A stretch of DNA of 64,000 nt, from the IMG/VR virus record IMGVR_UViG_3300017902_000306, positions 1 to 64,000 of that record; one strand, written 5' to 3'. Shown here piece after piece: positions 9,648-20,023 of this stretch (position 1 is its first letter; each line of letters starts with the position of its first letter). The notes beneath the pieces are model-generated. The model was not told the DNA's origin. It saw only the letters and a program-made list of their open reading frames with translations, and did no database searches. This DNA is from a virus (lineage: Duplodnaviria > Caudoviricetes). The position numbers were made by a program, and so were the translations under genes.

Positions 9648-12600
9648 ATGGCAATTAACTTAAATGTATCACCATACTATGATGATTTCGATGCGAACAA
9701 GAAGTTCAATCGGGTTGTGTTCAAGCCCGGCGTTGCCGTTCAAGCCCGTGAACTCACCCAGATGCAGGATTACTTTTATGAGACCATAAAAGATTTTGCA
9801 GACTACATGTTCGTAGATGGTGCTGCTGTTCGTGGTGCATCAGCAGAACCGAACACAATCGACTTCATTAAAGTCAACGACACCGATGCTGGTGCTTTGA
9901 CCGTATCAAATGACACTCTTGCTAACTTTATCGGGGATTCCGTTACTGGTGGAACCACTGGTATTGTTGCAGATATTATCGGTGTAAAAACAGGAACCCA
10001 ATCAGATGCAGTTGCTAAGAAAGTTCTGTATCTTCAATATAAAAAGGGTAACGCTCCCGATGCGTCTGGTAATCTCTCAGGAGATGGCCTCAACAAAAGA
10101 TTTGATGCGGGCGAAACACTTACAGTATCTTCAACGAACGCTGATAGAAACGGTGATACTTTCATAGTAAACAGTGATACAAGTCTAACTCTTGCTGCAA
10201 ACAATTTCTATGGTCAGATTATTGACTTTACTATTCCAGAGGGTGTGATCTACGCACAGGGTAGGTTTGTAAAACACGAAACACAAACCATTCGTCTGGA
10301 TGACTACACTGCTCGAGTAAATTACTTCATTGGTGTCATTCTCAAAGAGGAAATTATTACTTCAGATGATGATGCCACTCTCCTTGACCCAGCGACAGGT
10401 GCTTTCAACTATAATGCCCCAGGCGCAGATAGGACAAAAATAACAACTGAAATTGCAAAAGTTCCTTTTGCTAAAGAATACGCACAGAGCACAGCTTATC
10501 AATTGGGTGACTCTGTTTCATTTGACAATAATGTATACACCGTAACCACTGCTGGAACATCCCCCTCATCTGGTGGAGAACCAGTTCATACCAGTGGTTC
10601 TGTGACAAGTGGTTCCGTAGAATTTACTTTTTTCCAATTTCCAGATAACTTTACTGCCGTTTACAAAGTCGTAAATGGTCACCTACAGAAGAAGATAAAC
10701 GAAGACGTTTCTAAACTTGCAGAGTTGGGTAAAGTTCTTGCAAAGAGAACAATGGAAGAATCTGGTAACTATGTTATCGAACCTTTCACCCTTGAAATTA
10801 TTGAACACCTCAAGACTGTTAAGGGAACAACTTTCAATACCTCTACCAATACTGCTTACAGTTTGCGAGAACTTGTAAACCACAGTGGTAATCTCTACGA
10901 GGTAACAAAAGCAGGAACAGCTACTGCTGCATCCCCACCCGTTCATACTGGTGGAACGACTGTTATAAGTGGAACGGTTTCGTTTACCCACAGAGGTGCT
11001 TCTTATCGAATTGATAACGAAGGATACAAGTATTCTAATGATCCTAGTGATCCAGGCTCTGCTGATCACGTTGTTGCAAAAGTTGCCCCAGGCATCGCAT
11101 ATGTAGAAGGATATCGCAGAGAGTTTATAGAAAATACTTTCGTAAAAATCCGAAAGGGAACCAGCACAAAGATTGAAGAAGGTCTGGATGTAAACCTTGG
11201 ATATGGTAACTACGTTGATGTTGATGAAGTTGTTGGTGAGTGGGATTTAGAAAACGGTTCTCTTGTTGAAATTGCATACAATGGTTCGCTTGGAAGTCAA
11301 ACTGGTTCTGCGGCCGCAACGGGTGCTGGTAGTGGAACATCCGCACCAGCAAATGTTATCGGAACTGCTAGAGTAAGACAGGTGCAGTGGTTGAGTGGAA
11401 CCCCAGGCGCTGCAGCATGTCAATATAGAGTTTTCCTTTACGATATAAAAATTAATACTGGTGATTTTGAAGACGCAACTGTTATTCATCACTCTGCTGG
11501 TGCAACAAATTCTGCTTTTGCTGATATAAAACTTGAAGGTGGAGCGACTCACGCTGCTGGTGGTAAAGCAAAACTTAGAGCAGTTGCACAGAATAGAATG
11601 GTCTTCCCATGTCCATGGCGTGCGACAAAAACCTTATACGCTGCTGGGGGTGGAACACTAGATACTGCTTATCTGTATAGAGAGGAATTCAACGTATCGT
11701 CACTATCAGATGGAACGTTTTCTTTGAATCTTGCTGGTCTTGGATCAGAGTTTACTTTCCCCGTTGGAAGTGGTGCTCTTCAAAGTCAGTGTGACGCAGC
11801 CTTCTATGTAGTAAACAATGGTAGTGCGGTGACAATAAACAGTGTTTCCGTTGCTGCTGGTAAAGTGATTAGAATTACTCCTTCAATGATTCTGGGAACT
11901 TCTACTACAACTCAATTGAACTTTGATTTGGGAACCGTGAGTGGTGCGGTTGACCTTTACATTCAAGCAAAAGTAAAAGTCACCGATGCTCCTCCTGTAA
12001 CGAAGAATCTAAATCAAGGTAGGTATGTAAAAATCCGCACCGTAGATGCTGCGAATGGTGCTAACGGCCCTTGGAGTTTGGGTATACCAGATGTCAAAGA
12101 AATTGAATCTGTTTTCATTGCTCCAGGCGATAGACAAGATGGATATTTTGATGATTCTGATGATCCACAGGATTACAAGGATCAATTTATTCTTGACAAT
12201 GGACAGAGAGATAATCTATACGGACACGCACAACTTATCAAGAAAGGTAGTAGTAGTCAAGACCTCACTGACAAACTATTGACTATCAAATTAAAACACT
12301 ACGTCCCAGACTACAGTAGTTCAAACGGAACTTACTTTGCCAAGAACTCTTATCCTGTTGATGATACTGGATCAACTGGTATCTATACTTTTGAGATTCC
12401 AATTTACAGATCACAACTTTTGGGAAGTATTGATTTACGAGATGCAATTGACTTCAGACCATATGCAAAATCTGTTGCTGCATCCTCATCTACTCTTGCT
12501 GGTGCTACAGAGAACCCTTACAGAACTGATAAACTAGATACACCTTCTGGTGGTGTTCACTTCCCGATTCCTTCTGCGTCTTTCACAACTGACGTAGAAT

Positions 12601-15600
12601 ACTACCTACCCAGAACAGATAGACTTTACATTGGTCGAAACGGAAACTTGAGAATCGTTGAAGGTGTGTCCGACATACCATCAAAACCACCTGTATTGAA
12701 ACAGGGTATGCAAGTTGCAGAAATCCGTATACCACCTTTCCCGTCTGTTGCTAAAAAGGTAGGACAAAAATTTGGTCGTATCGAAAGTGCTGTTACTTTC
12801 TTCTTGAAAGGACAGGACAAACGATACACTATGAAAGATATCGGTTCAATCGAAAAACGAATTGACCGACTAGAATACTATCTTGCACTGTCTCTTATGG
12901 AGATGCAAGCGAAAGATAAAGTTATCTTGGATGCAAATGGCAACGACAGATTTAAGAACGGTATCTATGTGAATCCGTTTGATAGTGATCTGTTGAGTGA
13001 TATTGCTGATCCAAGTTACAACGCTGCCTATCACTCTACGCACAAACTGTGTGAACCGAACTATGTTGAATCTGAAATCTCAATGCAGATTAATCCAGAC
13101 CACGATAGTAGTGGATGGGCTAGAATGGGACAACATATCACCAGACCATATGAGAAGATTGGTGTTTTTGAAAATCGTTTTGCTACGAAGACAAGAAATC
13201 TAGTTGGTGAGTTGTTGTTTAACTTCACTGGTAAGATGGACTTGTTTCCACGATCAGATAATTTCCCAGATGATGTTACACCACTACAACCAATGAATCT
13301 AACCGCTAGTAATCAAGCGGATATTCAGGCTGTTGCTGCTAGTGTAAACTCCTCCAAGAATGTGGTTGGTTCAACTACAACGTTTGAAATGGGTGCAGTA
13401 AATAGTGCTGGTCAATTTGTTGCTGGTGGTGTAAACACAAACACTCAGAAAGTAGAATTTACTCCCGCTGAAGGTTCTGATGGATCGTTCAGTGACACTG
13501 GACATGGAGCGGTTATTGGTGGTCTACCAGAAACAATGACAACACCTAGACCTGGCGGCGGTTGGTTTCAAGAAATTTCAGAAGGTAAAACAGCGGTTAA
13601 TGCTAGTGGTGAAGTTGTAGTAAGTGGTTCTTATGACCAGACAGTGAGCTCGCAAGATATCATGTCTAGCACCACGGAATACTTATTGACTGCTAGTGCT
13701 CAATCTGCTGGTTCCTTGAACTTCAACATAGGAAATGTTGTCAGGGATGTATCTTTGTTACCATTCATGCGTTCTAAGATGATTGGTGTAAGATGTAGTA
13801 TGTTGAAACCCAACACAAGAATGTATGTATACTTTGATGATCAGGAAGTAACAGATCGTTGCACACCGTGTAATACGGATACTGGAACTACGTTTGATTC
13901 TTTGATTCCAACGTTTGTTGATAATCAACAGAGTGCAGGATGGTGTTTCGCTGGGTCAACTAAAGGCAATTCCATGACCCAACACATTGGTAATCTTGTT
14001 ACCGATGCAAACGGTGATCTGGCATTTATGTATTTCCTAGAGGGTGGTAGACATCCAGTTGGAACACGAAGAATGTTTGTTGTTGACGATCCTACAAATC
14101 GTGACAACTTTATCACCACTTCTGCTGAGACACAATACTCCGCATTTGGTTTACACACCACTACACAAGAAGTCAGTCTGACTGCTGAACTTTACACTGT
14201 TCAGTATGGAACTACCACGGGTTCAACCTCTACAGGTAAGGTTGGAAGTGTTGTCACTGATGTTGTAAACAGTAATGCGGAAATCAGTGTTGATGTCAAA
14301 GATTTTGAAGTTGGTATTGATATTACACAACCAGAATATATTTTCCACCCACCGATACGATTCGGTGACCCCGTTGCACAAAGTTTCACTGTGGCACAAT
14401 CGCCTACTGAAGTATTCTTGTCAGAGATTAAAGTTTGGTTTAGGTCTAGGCCTGGTCAGAGAGACAATATTACTAACTCAGCTACTGATCCTGCTACTAC
14501 TGGAACTGGTCGAAGTGTAGAAATGCAGATCAGATTGTGTAACGAAGCTGGTATGCCTACTAGAACGGTTATTGGTAGTTGCACACTGCCTCACGATCAA
14601 ATTAAAACCACTCCAGATTTGTCGGGTGGACAGGCAACAAACTTTGATTACAGGGATCAATTCTCAACAAACTTCCAGTTTGGAGTAGCACCTTCAAATG
14701 CTGTGGGCGGTGCAGAATCGGGAACACCTGTTGTTCTTGACCCCGCTAAGGAATATGCCTTTGTTCTTATCCCTGCCAACAATGACCCAAGTTATGAAGT
14801 TTGGTGTTCTAAGTTGGGTGAGGTCAAAATCGGAACACAGGCAGACAGAGTTACTGCTGAAGACGCATATCACGGTATGTTGTTCACTTCATCGAATAAC
14901 AGAACTTGGACTCCGCATCAACAAGAGGACATGAAGTTTGTTCTATCTGCTTGGTCATTTGCTACAGGAACGGGAACAGTAGAAGTAGTGAACGAACACC
15001 AAGAGTTTATTACTGGTAAAGATTACGTTGGTGGTAAGGGTGATGTTACGAAACCAGGCGAGTGGTTCAGTTTCAAACCGACAATCACAACTGCTGGTTC
15101 TGGATACGTTGTTGGTGAAAGGATTACTCTAAACACCACTCGGGCAAATTGTCCGAAAGGAATTATTCTTGAAGTCACATCTGTAAACGGTTCTGGTGGT
15201 GTTACTGGTATCAAACCAATACAGTGGCATGATGGAACACAGGCATCGTTTGAAGCGAAACCTTATACTCTGGGTGCCACCACAGTTGGTGGAACTACCA
15301 CTGACTTTACTCAGGCCAGCACGACTGCGGTGGGTGCTAGTTTCACATGTAATCTAAAACCAAAACACATGATCTTGAAGAAGTTTGATCCTCAGAAAGA
15401 TGAGTATGACTTCTTGTTGCCTCCTACTTCAAACGTTCTCAACATTGCGAATGTTCTTGCTGGTGACACTGATCTATTGTTACCGAAAGTTGATGATCTG
15501 TGGTTCAATGATATTGTTGGACGCAGAAGTTTCTATGTCGCAACCGCTGGAAACAAAAAGAAAATAAACTTGTCCAAGACGAATATGACGGTCAAGGAAT

Positions 15601-16733
15601 TTGATGGTGCTGATATTAATATCACAAGGGCATCTACCAAGTCAACTGGTGTTTCTGCTCGTGGAACCACTTTCGTAAACTTGACACCGACACAGTTTAG
15701 AGGCATGCCAGAAGAGCACGCAATCTATTCATTGAGTGAAGAACTTGGATTTACTGGTTCTGATATCATGTCGAAGAAGTCTTACAGACACAGAGTTGCT
15801 TTGACAAACACAGACGCAAACGTGTCGCCTATTTTGAATCCATCTCGACTCTCCGCAAACGTGAGAAGTTATGTGATCAACAACGACAGCACCAACGAAA
15901 CCAACCCTCTTGGTGGTAGTGCTAAGTCTAGGTTTATCAGTAAGATTGTCAAACTTGCAGATGGTCAAGAGGCAGAAGATTTAAGATTGTCTCTCGCTAA
16001 GTTTACTCCAATAAGTAGTGCTATCAAAGTATACTTCAAGGGTCTGCACGAATCTGATGATTCTGACATCCGCAGAGAGAAAGATTGGGTTCAAATGGAG
16101 TTTGCCGATGTAAACCCACAAGGCGCTTCCGAATCCACTAATCAGTTTATTGATTTGGACTTCAAGTTGCCGAGCAGCGCACTCAACGCTAGTGGACAGT
16201 TCGCATACACCACACGAAGAATTGATGCGGTTACAATTACAAGTGCTGGAACAGGATATCCTCTACTTTCAGACGCACCAATTTTTGTCTCCACTGCTGA
16301 CGGAAATGGCGCAGAGATAGAAGCGACTGCCTTGAATGGCACTGGTGGAATCACTGCTGTAGAGATTGTCAATCCTGGCCGTGGATTTAGTTCAACGCCT
16401 CCGACAATCACCGTTGGTGTAACACATGGTGTAAGTCGAGAGTATGGAATAAACCAAGTTGTTGCTAACGCTGGTAAGATTTATAGAACTACTACTAGTG
16501 GAACAACTGGTGCAGCTTCTGCTTCAAGCGCACCCACACATACTTCTGGAACTGTTGCAGATGGAACTTGTAATTGGACACACCTTGGAAATCAGGCAAC
16601 CATGACATGCACCGTTGCTTCTGTGGAATATACTGGATTCAAATACTTCCAGTGTAAAGTTGTCTTCTTGTCTTCTAACACTTCAGTCATTCCGAGAATC
16701 AAACAACTCAGAATGATTGCTTTACAGGCGTAA
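9648..16733 (+). CDS. very large virion structural protein (VrlC/DUF4815-like)
   Basis: N-terminus NLNVSPYYDDFD..K.FNRVVFKPG.AVQARELTQMQ; KRTMEESGNYVI; IEKRIDRLEYY.ALSLME; NDRFKNGIYV.PF; C-terminal F..FQ.K.V..SSN...IPRIKQLRMIAL. Confidence 0.85.
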   Translation: MAINLNVSPYYDDFDANKKFNRVVFKPGVAVQARELTQMQDYFYETIKDFADYMFVDGAAVRGASAEPNTIDFIKVNDTDAGALTVSNDTLANFIGDSVTGGTTGIVADIIGVKTGTQSDAVAKKVLYLQYKKGNAPDASGNLSGDGLNKRFDAGETLTVSSTNADRNGDTFIVNSDTSLTLAANNFYGQIIDFTIPEGVIYAQGRFVKHETQTIRLDDYTARVNYFIGVILKEEIITSDDDATLLDPATGAFNYNAPGADRTKITTEIAKVPFAKEYAQSTAYQLGDSVSFDNNVYTVTTAGTSPSSGGEPVHTSGSVTSGSVEFTFFQFPDNFTAVYKVVNGHLQKKINEDVSKLAELGKVLAKRTMEESGNYVIEPFTLEIIEHLKTVKGTTFNTSTNTAYSLRELVNHSGNLYEVTKAGTATAASPPVHTGGTTVISGTVSFTHRGASYRIDNEGYKYSNDPSDPGSADHVVAKVAPGIAYVEGYRREFIENTFVKIRKGTSTKIEEGLDVNLGYGNYVDVDEVVGEWDLENGSLVEIAYNGSLGSQTGSAAATGAGSGTSAPANVIGTARVRQVQWLSGTPGAAACQYRVFLYDIKINTGDFEDATVIHHSAGATNSAFADIKLEGGATHAAGGKAKLRAVAQNRMVFPCPWRATKTLYAAGGGTLDTAYLYREEFNVSSLSDGTFSLNLAGLGSEFTFPVGSGALQSQCDAAFYVVNNGSAVTINSVSVAAGKVIRITPSMILGTSTTTQLNFDLGTVSGAVDLYIQAKVKVTDAPPVTKNLNQGRYVKIRTVDAANGANGPWSLGIPDVKEIESVFIAPGDRQDGYFDDSDDPQDYKDQFILDNGQRDNLYGHAQLIKKGSSSQDLTDKLLTIKLKHYVPDYSSSNGTYFAKNSYPVDDTGSTGIYTFEIPIYRSQLLGSIDLRDAIDFRPYAKSVAASSSTLAGATENPYRTDKLDTPSGGVHFPIPSASFTTDVEYYLPRTDRLYIGRNGNLRIVEGVSDIPSKPPVLKQGMQVAEIRIPPFPSVAKKVGQKFGRIESAVTFFLKGQDKRYTMKDIGSIEKRIDRLEYYLALSLMEMQAKDKVILDANGNDRFKNGIYVNPFDSDLLSDIADPSYNAAYHSTHKLCEPNYVESEISMQINPDHDSSGWARMGQHITRPYEKIGVFENRFATKTRNLVGELLFNFTGKMDLFPRSDNFPDDVTPLQPMNLTASNQADIQAVAASVNSSKNVVGSTTTFEMGAVNSAGQFVAGGVNTNTQKVEFTPAEGSDGSFSDTGHGAVIGGLPETMTTPRPGGGWFQEISEGKTAVNASGEVVVSGSYDQTVSSQDIMSSTTEYLLTASAQSAGSLNFNIGNVVRDVSLLPFMRSKMIGVRCSMLKPNTRMYVYFDDQEVTDRCTPCNTDTGTTFDSLIPTFVDNQQSAGWCFAGSTKGNSMTQHIGNLVTDANGDLAFMYFLEGGRHPVGTRRMFVVDDPTNRDNFITTSAETQYSAFGLHTTTQEVSLTAELYTVQYGTTTGSTSTGKVGSVVTDVVNSNAEISVDVKDFEVGIDITQPEYIFHPPIRFGDPVAQSFTVAQSPTEVFLSEIKVWFRSRPGQRDNITNSATDPATTGTGRSVEMQIRLCNEAGMPTRTVIGSCTLPHDQIKTTPDLSGGQATNFDYRDQFSTNFQFGVAPSNAVGGAESGTPVVLDPAKEYAFVLIPANNDPSYEVWCSKLGEVKIGTQADRVTAEDAYHGMLFTSSNNRTWTPHQQEDMKFVLSAWSFATGTGTVEVVNEHQEFITGKDYVGGKGDVTKPGEWFSFKPTITTAGSGYVVGERITLNTTRANCPKGIILEVTSVNGSGGVTGIKPIQWHDGTQASFEAKPYTLGATTVGGTTTDFTQASTTAVGASFTCNLKPKHMILKKFDPQKDEYDFLLPPTSNVLNIANVLAGDTDLLLPKVDDLWFNDIVGRRSFYVATAGNKKKINLSKTNMTVKEFDGADINITRASTKSTGVSARGTTFVNLTPTQFRGMPEEHAIYSLSEELGFTGSDIMSKKSYRHRVALTNTDANVSPILNPSRLSANVRSYVINNDSTNETNPLGGSAKSRFISKIVKLADGQEAEDLRLSLAKFTPISSAIKVYFKGLHESDDSDIRREKDWVQMEFADVNPQGASESTNQFIDLDFKLPSSALNASGQFAYTTRRIDAVTITSAGTGYPLLSDAPIFVSTADGNGAEIEATALNGTGGITAVEIVNPGRGFSSTPPTITVGVTHGVSREYGINQVVANAGKIYRTTTSGTTGAASASSAPTHTSGTVADGTCNWTHLGNQATMTCTVASVEYTGFKYFQCKVVFLSSNTSVIPRIKQLRMIALQA

Positions 16734-16738
16734 TAAAT

Positions 16739-16975
16739 ATGAGTAACAATAGAGTATCAACAGAAAATTGGGGCAGAGACCCAGATTCAGGCGCTCTAGT
16801 ATCTGTGGACAACAATGGTCTCGCAGCCTATAAAGCAAGGCGTGCTAAAATGAGGCAGAAAGATTCACAGATTACGGAAATGTCAAATGATATAAATAGT
16901 CTGAAAGAAGATTTTCAAGAACTCAAGAATATCTTGTTACAGGTAATGAATTCTTATAACAAAAATGACGGATAG
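16739..16975 (+). CDS. small hypothetical protein with coiled-coil C-terminus
   Basis: 78 aa; RDPDSGALV..D, then heptad-like EMSNDINSLKEDFQELKNIL; typical follower of VrlC-like genes. Confidence 0.75.
   Translation: MSNNRVSTENWGRDPDSGALVSVDNNGLAAYKARRAKMRQKDSQITEMSNDINSLKEDFQELKNILLQVMNSYNKNDG
16891..16898 (+). promoter_or_regulatory. possible T4-type late promoter inside the upstream CDS
   Basis: Exact TATAAATA about 90 nt upstream of the 16984 ORF. Confidence 0.5.
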
Positions 16976-16983
16976 GGACTAAA

Positions 16984-17829
16984 ATGGCTACGATTACTTT
17001 AAGGTCTGCTAAAGGTTCTCCACTTACAAACACCGAGGTGGATACAAACTTTACCAACCTAAACAATGACAAGTATGAGTCTGGTGATAACGTATCAGTC
17101 GGAACCTTGACGGCCTCAGGGAATGTAACATTTGGTATCGCTGCCACTGTTTCCGCCGCTGGATCGACCCAAGGAACTGCTACGGCACTCACCAAAACTT
17201 ATAACATTGTCTCAACAGCTTCGGCTGCACAAGGTGTTGTTCTTCCTGCTGCTACGGCAGGATTAATTATTAACATTTTCAACATTAGTGGTAACACCAT
17301 CAAGGTTTACCCTACATCCACACAGACCATTGACGGTGGTAGTGCAAACGCTCCAGTAGAACTTGTTACTTCTAACGGTTCTGAGTTTGTTGGAACAGGA
17401 ACAGGAACTTGGAGACAGGTTGGTTCTGGTGGTAACAACGTTGAGGACTTCACAATCAATGGAACTGCAAAGTTACTTGGCGCTCTTGAATTGGGTGTCA
17501 CTGCTGCGGTATCTAGTGCTGGTTCTACGCAAGGTGATGCTACTGCTCTTACTGAGACTTTCAATAACATCACAACTGTTGGTGCATCAACTCAGGGTGT
17601 GGTTCTACCAACCGCTGCTGCTGGTCTGACAGTTATTGTTGCGAATACTACTACGTCTAACTGCAAATTGTATCCTGCTACATCTGATACGATTGAGGGT
17701 GGATCGGCGAATGCTGCTGTGACCTTACCCGCTAAGACTACATTTACTTTGACATGTAAAGATGCTACTGATTGGACTAAACATAGAGGTCTCGCAGTCT
17801 ATAATTCCAGTGGCACTTTGATTAACTAA
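16984..17829 (+). CDS. tail fibre-like structural protein with internal duplication
   Basis: N-terminal MATITLRSAKGSPLTNTEVDTNFTNLNNDK fibre-attachment-type motif; two ~80-aa copies of SAAGSTQG.ATALT...QGVVLP.A.AGL...YP.....I.GGSANA. Confidence 0.7.
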   Translation: MATITLRSAKGSPLTNTEVDTNFTNLNNDKYESGDNVSVGTLTASGNVTFGIAATVSAAGSTQGTATALTKTYNIVSTASAAQGVVLPAATAGLIINIFNISGNTIKVYPTSTQTIDGGSANAPVELVTSNGSEFVGTGTGTWRQVGSGGNNVEDFTINGTAKLLGALELGVTAAVSSAGSTQGDATALTETFNNITTVGASTQGVVLPTAAAGLTVIVANTTTSNCKLYPATSDTIEGGSANAAVTLPAKTTFTLTCKDATDWTKHRGLAVYNSSGTLIN

Positions 17830-17840
17830 GGAGAACTTTA

Positions 17841-18815
17841 ATGGCAGGCCCAATAACACTTAAAGCAGGCGCCTATCCCGCCGTAGCTGACGGACTTGAG
17901 GGTTTCCAAGAGCTCACGGTTGCAGAAATTAAAAATCAGGTTGCCGGTGAGATTACTCTAAAGTTTGCTACTGACACTGACGGGTCTGGCACAGCTGAGC
18001 TCAATGTTGTAACTGGCGGTTCTGCTGGTAGTGACGAAATTGGAACTTTCACAAACAGAGAAAGACAAGAAGCAGTAGGTGTTCACCCCGCTGGTGGCGC
18101 TACTACTGACACCGTATATCGTTTTAATCAGATCAGTGCCACAGCTACTGAAAACCACGACAGACCTTTGAGATGGACTGATACTTCTATTGAAGAATCT
18201 ACTGACTCAGAAATTGATACAGAAATCTTAGATCATTGTATTAAGGCAATGGTTGACGAAGATGCCAATACTGTAGGTCAATATAAAATTGACACTTCTA
18301 CTCCTTCTGGTGGAACATGGACTGCTAGATATACCATCGCTGAAACTCAAGTTGATGGCACGGACGTAAACTACTACCTCTGGCAAAAAACTGCTCCTAC
18401 CACTGACGCTGGCACAAACGAAAACATTCTTCTGAAAGCAAATAACACTACTGGTGCAGTAATTGAAATGGCAGAATCTAGTCTACACAAACTGGTTCCT
18501 GCCTTCCAAAACAGAATCATTGCATCTGGTATCGGAACATATCTTTTAGAATCAACGACTCCATCTGTAACTGGAACTTGGGCGCAGATGGGAGGAACCA
18601 TGACCGACCAGTTGAAGGATATCACTTCCGCTAACTATGCTGGTGACTACACTGGTTCTTATGTTGGATACTACCAACGATTCTTTGGTGGATTCTTGAA
18701 CGGTGCTTTCGCTGGAACCTACTCAGGAACCTTCACTGGATTTTTTGCTGGTAACACGGTTCAATCTAGTTCTTCCACCCAAGAAACAAAACAGTTGTTC
18801 GTAAGGACTGCTTAA
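17841..18815 (+). CDS. putative virion structural protein
   Basis: 324 aa, T/G-rich, AAGGAG RBS; C-terminal Y.G.Y.G repeats (YAGDYTGSYVGYY..FFGGF..G.F.G.Y.G.F.G). Confidence 0.6.
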   Translation: MAGPITLKAGAYPAVADGLEGFQELTVAEIKNQVAGEITLKFATDTDGSGTAELNVVTGGSAGSDEIGTFTNRERQEAVGVHPAGGATTDTVYRFNQISATATENHDRPLRWTDTSIEESTDSEIDTEILDHCIKAMVDEDANTVGQYKIDTSTPSGGTWTARYTIAETQVDGTDVNYYLWQKTAPTTDAGTNENILLKANNTTGAVIEMAESSLHKLVPAFQNRIIASGIGTYLLESTTPSVTGTWAQMGGTMTDQLKDITSANYAGDYTGSYVGYYQRFFGGFLNGAFAGTYSGTFTGFFAGNTVQSSSSTQETKQLFVRTA

Positions 18816-18818
18816 TAC

Positions 18819-18847
18819 TTGACATATATATTTGAAGGGAGTATAAT
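18819..18847 (+). promoter_or_regulatory. sigma70-type promoter
   Basis: TTGACA(18819-24)-17 nt-TATAAT(18842-47); the -10 lies within a 9-bp inverted repeat GGGAGTATA-ATA-TATACTCCC (18837-18857). Confidence 0.8.
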
Positions 18848-18879
18848 ATATACTCCCACTATTTACAATGAGGAACATT

Positions 18880-19329
18880 ATGGATCAGCCAAAATATAGA
18901 AATCCACGTTGGATTGATAAAAATGAGCGCCGTGTCTGGTGCGAAATCCTAGTCGGACAAAAATACCACCCCTGTGTCATCAATGTTGGAAACGAATCTG
19001 AAGGTCTTGTCAATAAAGACTTTGATGCGATCATGGAAGAATTCGGCCCAGAAGTATTGGACGAAAATCTAAAACTCTATGAAGAACATGTCGATGAACA
19101 AAGACAGAAAGAAGACGAAGCACGAGAAGTTCATATAAACAGAGTCAAACAAGAAACTCTGTTTGAGATGAAACTTGAAGCATTTGAATCTGACCTGATA
19201 AAAAACTCCAAAGATAAAGAACTCAAAAAGATGATAAGAAAAGCAAAAACTCTCATTGAGGTTCAGGCCTTTTCAACCATCTTGATACAGAAAGAGTTGG
19301 AGTTACAAAGTGTCGGCAGCGATACATAG
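18880..19329 (+). CDS. hypothetical protein
   Basis: Start moved from 18868 to ATG 18880 after GAGGA; charged helical C-terminus (LFEMKLEAFESDLIKNS...IRKAK). Confidence 0.7.
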   Translation: MDQPKYRNPRWIDKNERRVWCEILVGQKYHPCVINVGNESEGLVNKDFDAIMEEFGPEVLDENLKLYEEHVDEQRQKEDEAREVHINRVKQETLFEMKLEAFESDLIKNSKDKELKKMIRKAKTLIEVQAFSTILIQKELELQSVGSDT

Positions 19330-20023
19330 TATACCGCACTGTGGTTATCTGTATGTTGCAACGGTAAGACATGAATACTATATTGCAGCAAAGAGATCGG
19401 CAAAGTCTCTCCTAGATTTTTACCCAGAAGCAAAGATTGCTCTTTTTACTTTGCCAGAATGGGTAGAGGAAGAAGATCACGAAATCTTTGAACACATTAG
19501 GACTGACGGCCCAAACCATGTAAGGACTAAACTATGGGCGTTGGCGCATACTCCCTACTACAAGACAATGTATGTGGACTGCGACACGTTCATTCAACAC
19601 GAGGACATATCAACCGTCTTTGATTATCTTGGTGACAATGATATCATCTTCACTCGGAATCGTCCTTACAATGCGAAGATAACAAAACTAAACGACACGG
19701 AAGAAATGATATACCATTGTGGTATATTCGTTTACAAGAAAACAAAGAATACGCTGTCCTTGATGTTGGATTGGTATGAAAGATATCTTGAACAGGTAGC
19801 GCCTGGGTTTGATCCCTCTCCGTATTCGGAACGGGTGAGACCTTGGGACACATTCACTATGTGGTATCTACTGAACAAAACGGAATATAAAGACACTATC
19901 AAGGTTGGTGACTTTCCAAGTCCAGATGCACGATGGAACTTTTGCATGGGACAAAAACCAGAGGAGTTGATGGGAGAGGATGTGATCATTAGTCACTACA
20001 CCATCAGCAGAGTAAATATATGA
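19310..20023 (+). CDS. GT-A fold glycosyltransferase (GT8-like nucleotide-diphospho-sugar transferase)
   Basis: GYLYVAT, RTKLWALAHTPYYKTMYVDCDT (DxD), HCGIFVY, DARWNF. Confidence 0.8.
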   Translation: MSAAIHSIPHCGYLYVATVRHEYYIAAKRSAKSLLDFYPEAKIALFTLPEWVEEEDHEIFEHIRTDGPNHVRTKLWALAHTPYYKTMYVDCDTFIQHEDISTVFDYLGDNDIIFTRNRPYNAKITKLNDTEEMIYHCGIFVYKKTKNTLSLMLDWYERYLEQVAPGFDPSPYSERVRPWDTFTMWYLLNKTEYKDTIKVGDFPSPDARWNFCMGQKPEELMGEDVIISHYTISRVNI

